Shown here: positions 24,249-34,399 of the stretch, piece after piece | Position numbering within the stretch: the stretch's first letter is position 1 | How the letters are laid out: each line of letters begins with the position of its first letter | NCBI GenBank assembly: GCA_963829055.1 | Contig: CAWHHI010000011.1 | Span: forward strand, 352,001 to 416,000 | Length of the DNA stretch: 64,000 nt | Direction: 5' to 3' | Source: an uncultured Gemmatimonadaceae bacterium | GTDB lineage: Bacteria > Gemmatimonadota > Gemmatimonadetes > Gemmatimonadales > Gemmatimonadaceae | The notes under the pieces: generated by a model | The model's database searches: none | The model's input: the letters and a program-made list of their open reading frames with translations, nothing else | What the model was told of the DNA's origin: nothing | Translations under genes and position numbers: made by a program

Positions 24249-25471
24249 GTAACTCGTGTCGGTGCTGCTCCCTGCCCTGCGGTCGCTGTTCACGTGATGC
24301 CGACGTCACAGCGTCCTCGTCGAGCTGCGGCGCGATCTTCATCGAGCACCCGAGCTGTCGTGGAAGGAGCAGCGGACCGCGGCCCGGCTCGCCGAAGTCG
24401 TCACCGCGCTCGGCGCGGTCGAGCGTTCACGCGCGTCGCCGGCACGGGCGTCGTCGCGCGGTTCGCCGGCCGCGACCGCTCGCGCGCCGATCGTCGCCGT
24501 TCGCGGCGACATCGACGCGCTGCCGATCGAGGAGGCGACGGGACTCCCGTTCGCGTCCACGTCGCCCGGCGTCATGCACGCGTGCGGCCACGACATTCAC
24601 AGCACGTGGGCGATCGGCGCCGCGCTGCTGCTCGCGCGCAATCCGGCCGCCGGCGACGTGCTCGTCGTGCTGCAGCCGGCCGAGGAAGTTGGGCGAAGGC
24701 GCGAAGGCCATTCTCGACACCGGCGCGCTCGACGACGTGAAGGCCATCTTCGGCGGACACGTCGATCGTCGGTTCGCGGTCGGACAGGTCGTCGCGGACG
24801 CGGGACCGCTCGCCGCATCCGCCGACACGTTCGAGATCGAGCTGATCGGCAAAGGAGCACACGGTGCGCGGCCGCACGAATCCGCCGATCCCATCGTCGG
24901 CGCGGCGGCGCTCATCTCGGCGCTGCAGACCATCGTCGCTCGACGCATCGATCCGGCCGCCGCGGCCGTCGTGACGGTTGGCTCCATTCATTCGGGGACG
25001 GCGTCCGAACATCATCCCCGAGCGCGCCGTGCTCACCGGCACGCTCCGCGCGACCACTCCGGAAACGCGAGCGGCGATCGGCAACGAAGTGCGACGCATC
25101 GCCGAGTCCGTGGCGGAGGCGTATCGTCTCACGGCGCGCGCCACGGTGCACCTCGGCACGCCACCCATCGTGAACCCGCCTCGCGCGTCGCAGTGGGCGC
25201 GTCAGGCAGCGGCGGCGGTGCTCGGCGACGCCGCGGTCGTGCCGTTCGGCCTCACGAACATGGGCGGCGAGGACTTCGCGTTCTACCTCGAGCGCATCCC
25301 GGGGTGCTTCATGCGCGATCGGCGCGCGCGAGGAAGGCGGCGAGCGTACTCGCCGCGCACTCGCCGCGGTTCACCGCGGCGGAGGAGAGCATCTTCGTGG
25401 GCGCCGCCGTGCTCGCGGAATCGGCGCGCGTCGCGTCAGCGACGCTGCAGGCGGAGCGCGGCGGCGCCTAA
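24245..25471 (+). CDS. M20 family amidohydrolase (putative N-acyl-L-amino acid desuccinylase), frameshifted
   Basis: [35 protein letters not shown]. Confidence 0.88.
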   Translation: MSNSCRCCSLPCGRCSRDADVTASSSSCGAIFIEHPSCRGRSSGPRPGSPKSSPRSARSSVHARRRHGRRRAVRRPRPLARRSSPFAATSTRCRSRRRRDSRSRPRRPASCTRAATTFTARGRSAPRCCSRAIRPPATCSSCCSRPRKLGEGAKAILDTGALDDVKAIFGGHVDRRFAVGQVVADAGPLAASADTFEIELIGKGAHGARPHESADPIVGAAALISALQTIVARRIDPAAAAVVTVGSIHSGTASEHHPRARRAHRHAPRDHSGNASGDRQRSATHRRVRGGGVSSHGARHGAPRHATHREPASRVAVGASGSGGGARRRRGRAVRPHEHGRRGLRVLPRAHPGVLHARSARARKAASVLAAHSPRFTAAEESIFVGAAVLAESARVASATLQAERGGA

Positions 25472-28284
25472 CGCGCCGGCCGCCAGCGCGCGGCGTCTCG
25501 CCGCACGGCGTCGAGCAGCGCCTGCGGAAGGACCAGGTTCACCGGCTTCCCGCCACCTGTTCCGGTAACCTCGACGGAATACGCGCCTGTCTTCGCGAAG
25601 TCGTCCAGGCGGAATACGCAGCAGGCGCTCGTCACGGACCGGGCGCTTCTTGTCCTGGTAGTCCTTCGGATTCACCACGCCGACGAACCGCGCCGAGTCG
25701 AGCGCGATGATCTGCTGGCCGTCACGAACCAGCTCGCGCCGAGCGGATGTCGCTCTTGTCCGACTTGGAGTCGCTGAGCTCAGGGAACCGCTTGTACCGA
25801 AGTTCCGGGAACACCATCGGGCACGACGCTCAGCACGATGACCGGACGCCGCTCGCTGATGGTCGGCCGGAAGCCCGACCACGCCTGGATCGGATCCATC
25901 AGCTCGTACGGATACTTGTTGAGCTGGAACGGCGAATCCCAGTAGGCCTTCGTGCGAGCGATCGTCGAGTCCCGCCAGGCGATGACAGGCGGCGTCATCG
26001 ACCAGCACGCGATAGCCCTGTCCACCGGCACGGTACGGCGCGAGGTCGAACGTGTCCTTGCGGCTCGCCTCACGAAGGGCGTCGGCCGGATACGCGGGCG
26101 ACGGCCACGCCGGAAGCAGCGTCGCGCTCGGCGCCGTGAATCCGTCACGGCCGACGCGCGTCTTCGCGGCACGAACCGCGGCGTCGATGGCCGACGCCAT
26201 CGCGAACGTCGATTGCCCGCCCTTCTGCGTGGCGAGCGCGATCGACCGACGATCGCCGCCGAGACGATCGGACGACCCGCGTCGGCACGCGTGACGCTGA
26301 GCGCCGGCCGCGCCTTGCCATCGTCGCCTGCCTTGGCGGTGCCTCGGCGCGACAGCGGACCGGCGAGCACCGAGCCTAACGCGAGCGACCGAGTCGCCAC
26401 TCTTGACCGCCGATTCACCGCCGACGGCGAGCACGCGGTAGCCCGACCACGGCTGCAGGGCGACGGCGAGCACCGCCACTCCCGCGGTCCGCGATCAGCC
26501 GATGCGACGCGACCACGAAGGCGAGTCGATGCCGTCGATCTGCACGTCGACGAGGCTGTCCCTCGGCACGAGCGACGTCGACGTGACGATGAACCCCGCG
26601 CCGCTCGCCGTGTCAGCGAGGAAGCCAGTGCCGCGCCCCTCCGATGACAACACGCCGACGACGCCGTTCCGCATGCGCGTGACGGCGGAGTCGAGGGCCA
26701 ACCCACCGGTCGGAGTGGCAGGTGCAGCGGCAGGGGTCGAATCCGATGACCGGCGCGGCCACGGGCACAGGCGCCGCAACGGCAGTGTCGGTCTTCGGCC
26801 GGGCGCTGTCCACGGCAACTGGCGGGGCGATCGCGACCGGTTCGGCCGTCGTCGGCTTCGAATCTCCTGGTCTGAGGACGAACGCCGCTCCAGCAATGGC
26901 GACGACCGCGCCGCCAATGACCAGTGGAAGGCGGCTCTTCGACTTGCGCTTCGTGGTCGCGACGGGCATCGCGAGCGTCGACTCGTCGCTGTACGCGCCA
27001 CCCGACCCGGTGGCGGCGCCCACGGCGCCCGTCGGCGTATCCGTCGCGCTCGTGAAACGCGCGCCGGCACCCGACAGAACGGGGATGGACTCGGGAGGGC
27101 TGCTCGCCCGACGGCGAGACCGCGACGGCGGAACCCTCCTCGGACCACTCGACATCAGCAGCGGTCGCGTCGGATGGCGTATTCGTGCCGCCGCCGATCG
27201 TGACATCCATGGTCGGCACGCCACGCGCGGGCGTGAAGACGCGCGGCGGAGTCAATCGCCGCGAGGCGATGGCGCTGAGGTAGTGCTCCTCGGTCGTCGT
27301 GACCGGAAGCTCGGCCACCGCTTCGGTGAAGTCGCGCGCGAAATCCAGCACGTCCGCGTAGCGCTGTGCCGGATCGGCGGCAAGTGCCTTGTCGAACACC
27401 GCCTGCAGCGAAGCGGGCCACGCGACGTCCGCCTTCACCAGCGACAGGCGACGCGGCGGCTGCGTGAGACGAGCGAGCAGGTGGTCGGTCGTCGTCCCGG
27501 AACCGAACGCGTGGGTTCCGGTGAGCACGTGGTAGCCGACGAGCGCGAGCGAGTAGATGTCGGTCCGCGCGTCGAGCACGTCGCCGGCAAACTGCTCGGG
27601 GCTCATGTACTCGGGCGTTCCGACCGCGATCCCGGTGGACGTGAGCTGCTGCGATTCCTTGGACATCACGCGCGCGATGCCGAAGTCCACGATCTTCACG
27701 TGGTCGGTGCCGGCGCGCGACTTCGCGATCATGATGTTGTCCGGCTTCAGATCGCGGTGCAGGATGCCGAGGCCGTGCGCGGCGCTGAGCGCGTCCGCGG
27801 TCTGGGAGATGATGTCCGCCGCGCGAACCGGGATGAGCGAGCTTTCCTGCTCGAGGGTCCGCGACAGTGACTCGCCGTCGATGAACTCCATCGCGAGGTA
27901 GATCAGCCCATTGGCGGTCTCGCCGAAGTCGTAGACGGCGCAGACGTTCGGGTGCGAGATCTGGCTCGCGTTCTCCGCTTCGCGGTTGAATCGGACGACC
28001 GCGACCGGGTCGCTCATGAGCTGCGGGCGCATGACTTTGACGGCGCACCGCCGCTTCATGCGGACGTGTTCCGCCAGGAAGACCTGACCCATGCCGCCGT
28101 CGCCAAGCTTCGAGACGACCCGATACCGGTCCGCGATGATCGACCCGACGAGATCCGTCGAGTTCTGCGCCTGAATCAGGGCGGCGCCATCGAGGAAGCA
28201 GAACATGTGGTCTGCCTCGTAGCGCGTGCCGCACTGCGGACAGACTTTTTCGCTCGGCACGAAAGCTCCCCCGGGCTCTATCAC
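25468..28284 (-). CDS. Hanks-type Ser/Thr kinase with N-terminal Zn ribbon, TM and extracellular trypsin-like region, frameshifted
   Basis: CPQCG/FCFLDG; LGDGGMGQV, HRDLKPDN, DFGIA, GTPEYMSPEQ; GRGTGFLAD. Confidence 0.88.
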
Positions 28285-28554
28285 AACGACGTCGCTGTGC
28301 GCACGTCAGCACCCCTCCGGGAACAGTATTGCCCGTCGGGGTCGTTACGACGCTCAATGTAGGGTTGAACGGCGACCGGTCAACCTCCCACGTCGAGCAC
28401 TCCTGTCTCGACTTTCCTGATCGGCGGAAGTCACGAATCAGGCAGCGAGTCAGAAACGACCGGCCCGTGAGAAACGAGCGTTGGTACGCAGGCGTCATCC
28501 TGGGGCGCACGCATTTCGCGACGGCGCCTTCCCGACACCAGTTCATACTCGCTC

Positions 28555-30297
28555 ATGCCCCCTCGATCGCGCGCGGCGCTCTACATCGCGATCCTTGCAC
28601 TGGCGGTTGCCGCGTCGGCGACGAGCGTCGCGAACGGCTTCGCGCTCGACGATGTCCCGTTGGTGGCCGACAATGCGACCATCCATACGCTGCACGGGTG
28701 GTGGGGGCTGTTCACAAGGCCGTACTGGCCACCGCAATACGGGGCGTCGCTTTACCGGCCGTTCGTGATGCTGGGTTTCGCCGTGCAGTGGGCCGTCGGC
28801 AACGGATCGCCATTTGTTTTTCATCTGACGAGCATCGCGCTGTACGCGCTGGCGAGCGCGCTCGTCCTGGCGCTCTTTCTCCTTCTTCTGCCGCCGGCGC
28901 CAGCACTGATCGCCGCCGCACTGTTCGCCGTGCACCCGGTTCACGTAGAGGCGGTGGCGAATGTCGTTGGACAGACCGAGCTCGTGGCCGCGGTCGCTGC
29001 GCTCGGAGCGGCAATACTCTACGTGCGCCGCCGCCGGTCCGGCACGCTCGGTCCTCGTTCCGTCGTGCTCATCGCGATGCTGTTTGCGATCGCCTGCCTC
29101 TCGAAGGAGAGCGGGGTTCTTCTGCCCGCCGTCCTCGTGGCGTTGGAATTGTTCGCGGTGGCGCAGGACGGAGACAGCTGGCGTGACCGCCTGCGACGGC
29201 GCGTGGGGGCCCTCGCACCGCTCTTCATCACGCTCGCGCGTGGTCGGCGCGAGCTACCTCGTCGCCCGCACCCTGGTTGACGGTGACGTCCTTGGCGAAA
29301 AGGACGTCGTGCCGCTTCACGGGTTCGAGCCGGCTGTGGATGATGCTCGCGGTCGCGCCGCACTGGGTCCGGCTGCTGGCCTGGCCGGCCCACCTCTCCG
29401 CCGACTACAGCCCACAGGAGATCCCCGTCCCGTCTGGCGTCGGCGCCGAGATCATCCTGGGGGCGCTCGTCATCGGCACGGCGTCGCCTGGTGTTTCTGG
29501 CGTTAGGCAGGACCGACGAGGCGCAACGCGACGAGCGGTCCGTCGCGCGACTCGGATTCGCGTGGGCTGCGATCGGCATCCTGCCTGTCAGCAACCTGTT
29601 CTCGGTCATGGTCCTTGGCGAGCGCACGCTGCTTACGCCGAGCATCGGCGCGATGCTGCTGGTCGGCGCCGCGACATCGGCACTCTGGCGTCGCTCGCGC
29701 GGACAGCCTCACGGTGCGCTGATGCGTGGCGGACTCATGACGGTTGCGGCATCGCTTGTCGTGGTGGGGGCGATCAGGAGCCGCGATCGACAGCGCGTGT
29801 GGCATACCAGCGCGACGCTCGTCGCGCAGACGATCGTGGACGCCCCGCGGAGCTATCGAGCGCAGTTCTTCTACGGTCAACTGATGTTCGACCAAGGCAA
29901 GCGCGCCGAGGGGGAGCGTCATCTGCGTCTCGCGATCGCGCTCAACCCGACGCCCGCCGATGTCTCGCCGCTCAACTACCTCGCGACGGAGTACCGAGAC
30001 GCGGGGATGTGCCCGCAGGCGTTGCCGCTGTACGAGCGCGCGCTCGCGAACGACGCCGAGCGGCCGGACGTTCGCTACGGGCTCGCGGCGTGTCTGCTCG
30101 CTGTCGGTCGCGTCGACGACGCACGACGGCTCGCCCGTGACGGGGTACGGCGCGGCGACCTCAAGGCGCTGTTCCTCGACCTGATCGCGCGAAGCGACAG
30201 CGTCCCTCCGCACGCCCCAGCCCTCGCAGTAGCGGCCGGTCCCCAGCTGGCACTCACGGCGTCCACCGCGCCGTTGACAAAGCGGCTGCGCGAGTGA
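28555..30297 (+). CDS. TMTC-like GT-C membrane glycosyltransferase with C-terminal TPRs, frameshifted
   Basis: FALDD, YRP, FAVHPVHVEAV, LSKESG, LSADY, GERTL. Confidence 0.8.
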
Positions 30298-30324
30298 ACT
30301 CTACCTATGTAGAGTTTTACATAG
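30274..30324 (+). promoter_or_regulatory. padR promoter/operator: TTGACA plus overlapping inverted repeats
   Basis: TTGACA 30274-30279; AACTCTAC-N4-GTAGAGTT 30297-30316; ATGT-N8-ACAT 30307-30322. Confidence 0.65.
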
Positions 30325-30340
30325 CCACCTCGGAGCCTAC

Positions 30341-30670
30341 GTGCCACGCGCGCCTCGCCTCACGCTTCCCACCGCCATGGTGCTGATGGCGGTCTCTCGA
30401 AATTATCGCTACGGGTTCGACATCTCCGACGCGACAGGATTGCCGAGCGGCACCGTGTATCCGGTGCTCCGCCGGCTCGAGGAGGCGGGTCTGCTGCGCT
30501 CGCGTTGGGAGGCGGTGGAGTCCGCGCGCGCCGAACAGCGTCCGCCGCGGCGCTACTACACGGTCACCGCGTCAGGCGGTCAAGCCGTTCGCGACGCGAT
30601 CGATCGATATCCGACGCTCGAGCGCGCGCTCGACCGTCCAGCGTCGTCACCCGAGCCGCGTCCGGCGTGA
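30341..30670 (+). CDS. PadR family transcriptional regulator
   Basis: YGFDI, SGTVYPVLRRLEEAG, PPRRYY. Confidence 0.92.
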   Translation: MPRAPRLTLPTAMVLMAVSRNYRYGFDISDATGLPSGTVYPVLRRLEEAGLLRSRWEAVESARAEQRPPRRYYTVTASGGQAVRDAIDRYPTLERALDRPASSPEPRPA

Positions 30671-33349
30671 AGTCTCTCGTCGATGGATCAGGGGCAGCCG
30701 CCAGGCGCGGGCATTGTCGCGGCGTGCGCGCGACTCGTCCCACCGGATCGACGCGCCGACTGGCAGGCGGAATGGCTCGGCGAGCTGTCGTACGCGTGGA
30801 GCGTGCGGCTGCAAGCGGGCGACGTCTCACCGACCGCGCGCGCGTCGCTCGTGCATGCGGGCGCTGGGTGCGGTCTCCGATGCGATCTGGTTTCGACGCC
30901 ACTATGGAGGCGACTCGATGTTCTCTCAGGATCTGCGCTATGCGTTGCGCACGTTGTATCGGTGGCCGGGGTTCACGGCAGTGGTGGTGCTGACGCTGGC
31001 GTTAGGCATCGGCGCCAACGCCGCCATCTTCAGTGTCGTCAACGCGGTGTTGCTGCGTCCCCTGCCCTACAGCGCGCCCGACCGGCTCGTATTCGTGCTC
31101 GGAACGCCCACGGATGGCGATTCGGCGAAGGTCGGAGCGTCCAGCTCATACCCCGATTACGTGGACATCCGTGACCGTGCGCGATCGTTCAGCCAGCTGG
31201 CGGCGACGTCGGTGCGGCAGACGACCGTTACGGGGAAGTCGTTCGAGCCGGCGATCGTATCCGGCGCGCCGGTGACGGCGAACCTGTTCCCGATGCTCGG
31301 TGTCGCCCCAGCGCTGGGGCGCTCGTTTCTGACGGAGGAAGACAAGCCGGGCGCGCCAGGCGTCGTCATCGTGAGCGACGGATTCTGGCGGCAACGACTG
31401 AACGCCAACCCTAACGTGATCGGCTCGGCGTTGTCGGTGAACGGCACACCGGCGACCATTGTCGGGGTCATGCCGCCGCGGTTCGACTTCCCCGGCGCTG
31501 CCGCGCTGTGGTATCCCGCCGCCGCACCTAACGATCCGCAATACACGCGGACAGCACTCGTTCACGATCGTCGGACGGCTGGCGGCCGGCGCGACGATCG
31601 CGAGCGCGACTCGCGAGGTCGCGGGGATCGCGCGGCAGCTCGAGACGGAGTATCCCGGACTGAACGCGAAGCGTGGCGCCCGCGTGCAGGGGATGACCGA
31701 GGCGATCGTCGGTGATGTGCGGCCGGCGCTGCTGGTGCTGCTGGGGTCCGTCGGACTCGTGCTTGCTGATCGTGTGCGTGAACGTCGCGAATCTGTTCCT
31801 CGCTCGGGCCACCGCGCGCACCCGTGAGGTGGCGGTGCGCACCGCGCTCGGCGCGGGACGAGGTCGGCTCGCTCGCCAGTTCCTCACCGAGAGCTGTGGT
31901 GGTCACGGCAATCGGCAGCACGCTGGGACTGGCGGTGGCGTACTGGGGGAGCAAGCTGCTGGTCTCCAAGGCGCCGCGCTCGATTCCGCGCGCCAGCGAG
32001 ATCGGCATCGACGGCAACGTGCTGCTCTTTCTCCTGGCGCTCTCCGTAGTCACCGCGGTGATCTTCGGCGTGCTGCCGGCGCTGCAGATGTCGCGCGGGA
32101 TGCCTATCGCGTCGCTTCGCGAAGGCCGGACGCGGTACGCGCGGCGGCATCGCCCGCCGTGGGCTGCGGCAGGCGCTGGTCGTGTCCGAAGTGGCGCTGG
32201 CGGTGGTGCTGGTGGTGGGTGCGTCGCTGCTCGTGAAGAGCTTCTGGAAGATGCAGCGCGTGGACCCTGGCTTCGTGCCCGATCGCATGCTGGTCGTGCA
32301 GATTCAGCTTCCGCAGTCGCGTTATGCGGGGTTCGCGAATGGCGATCGCGTGCGCGCGTTCTACGCCGATCTGTATGCGCGCCTCGCGGCACGGCCGGAG
32401 GTCCAGTCGGTCGCTGTAGCGATGCAGCACCCGCTCTCACCCGGGTGGACGTCGAGCTTCACGATTGCCGGCCGCGAGCCGCCGCCTGCCGGTCAGGAGC
32501 CGGAGTCGAGCATCCGCCCTGTGATGCCGGGTTATTTCCGCGCGGTCGGCGCGAAGCTGCTTCGTGGACGCGAGATCAAGGAATCGGATGGCGTCGGCGC
32601 GCCGGGTGTCGTCGTGATCAACGAGGCGTTCGCGAGGCTGCACTTCCCTAACGAGGACCCGACTCGGTCGGCGTATCGAGCGCGCCTCGTGGTGGAAGGG
32701 CATGCCGTCGTCGTACGAGATCGTGGGCATCGTCGCGGACGAACGATTCAACGGACCGCGCGCGCCAGCCGATCCGGCGACGTATTTCTCGCTCGCGCAG
32801 TTCACGTTCAACGACAACTGGCTGCTCGTGCGCACGAAGACGGACGCGAAGGCATTCGCGCCGATGCTGCGGCAGATCGTGTGGTCGATGGACCGCGATC
32901 TCCCGCTCGAGAACGTCCGCACCATGGACGAGATCCTCGGAGACTCGGTCGCGGATTCCCGGTTCAATACGGTGCTGTTGTCGCTCTTCGCGGTGGTCGC
33001 GCTCGTGTTGGCGGCAATCGGGATCTACGGTGTGCTGGCCTACATGGTGGCGCAGCGCACGAGCGAGATCGGACTTCGGATGGCACTCGGCGCGCAGCGC
33101 TCGAGTGTGCTGCGACTCGTGGTGGGCAACGGACTCACGCTCGCGATCATCGGAGTGGCGATCGGCGCGGCGGGAAGTCTCGTGGCCACTCGGGCGCTCG
33201 AGCGACTGGTATTCGGCGTGAGCACGACGGATCCCGGTGTGTTCATTGCGGTGGCGGTGGCGCTCACGGCGGTCGCAGGGACTGCAGCGTTGGTCCCGGC
33301 GCTGCGGGCGAGCCGAGTAGACCCGATTATCGCGATACGAAGCGAGTGA
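30667..33349 (+). CDS. ADOP-type duplicated ABC permease (MacB/FtsX domains), frameshifted
   Basis: [47 protein letters not shown]...RMALGA. Confidence 0.9.
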
Positions 33350-33352
33350 TTC

Positions 33353-33658
33353 CCGGGGTCGAGTTCGGATCAGCGCGGGTCAAGGCCATCGCGCCGGGGC
33401 CGGTGGGAACTGCGATTGCGCGGATGTACTGCGAAACGGCCGGATACGGCTTTGCATTGACGCGGGCTCATCGCCGGACCCTGAACTAATGGGAACGGCC
33501 GCTCGGGACGTATCCTGCGTCACGAGCGGCCGTTCCCAAGAATCCCGGCTCGTTGCGTGAGGAGCGTGGATGCTACCGAGCGGTATCCTGATTCTTCCGT
33601 TTCATCCGCCCAATCGCAGTTCCCACCGGCCGCGAAGCGCTATGCGACTCGACCTCGG
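33353..33658. repeat. Nested imperfect palindrome of about 300 nt between convergent genes
   Basis: 33398-33426 vs 33603-33631 inverted, 28/29 match; central perfect 15-bp stem 33491-33505/33523-33537. Confidence 0.8.
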
Positions 33659-33663
33659 CCCGC

Positions 33664-34082
33664 CTAGCCGACGAGATCCATTTGACCAGCATCGCCACCT
33701 TCGCGATGCCCATCGCGGCAATCGGCAGCAGCGTTAGGCCCACCGAGAAAATCAGCCCCTGCCGGAACAATGGCGGGCCCACGCGCGGGGTCTCGTCGCG
33801 CCACGCGCGCTGCATCGCCGCCTCGGTCATGAATCCGAGCGAGTAAAAGAGATTCGCCAGCACGCCGTAGGCGACGATGCCCGGCCAGAGCATCGACAAG
33901 CTCAAGCTCATCGAGAACGGCGGCAGGAGTGCCAGCACCTTCAGCGCCGTGATCGTCACGAGGCCGGTCGCACCGACGACGACGTTGAACGTCAGGCGGC
34001 GCGATTCCCACCACCGGAGGATTCCGCCGGTGTTACGCACCTCGGCGGGCGCGGGAAAGAGGACACGTGTGAGGGCAGACAA
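33664..34082 (-). CDS. Hypothetical membrane protein
   Basis: WWESRRLTFN followed by three hydrophobic helices; 3' end uncertain. Confidence 0.65.
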
Positions 34083-34252
34083 GCGAAGCTCCGAGCAAGC
34101 GTCTCAAGCAACCTAGCCCGGCGTCCGGGATTGATCAAGTACTTTGCAATGCAGAGGGTCCTCGGTGGGAACTCAGGGAGCGGCCAGCGGTAGAGTTTGC
34201 CGGGCATCATCACATTGCCCTGAGTCCCGCGGTCTCGATCCCATCAACATTC

Positions 34253-34330
34253 ATGGCGAACTACATCACGCTGCTCCGGACACTCCTGTCGTTCGCCGTC
34301 GTCGCCATGCTACACGTGCGTCGTTCGCGG
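34253..34330 (+). pseudogene. Possible N-terminal fragment of a CDP-alcohol phosphatidyltransferase
   Basis: MANYITLLRTLLSFAVVAMLH resembles PgsA-type starts; no continuation before the convergent lhr end. Confidence 0.35.
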
Positions 34331-34399
34331 GCTGCCCGTAGTGGCCGAAGCGCGCCGACTCGTCCAGCGTTAGGCACCCGGAGCAGCCCAGCGCCGCAG

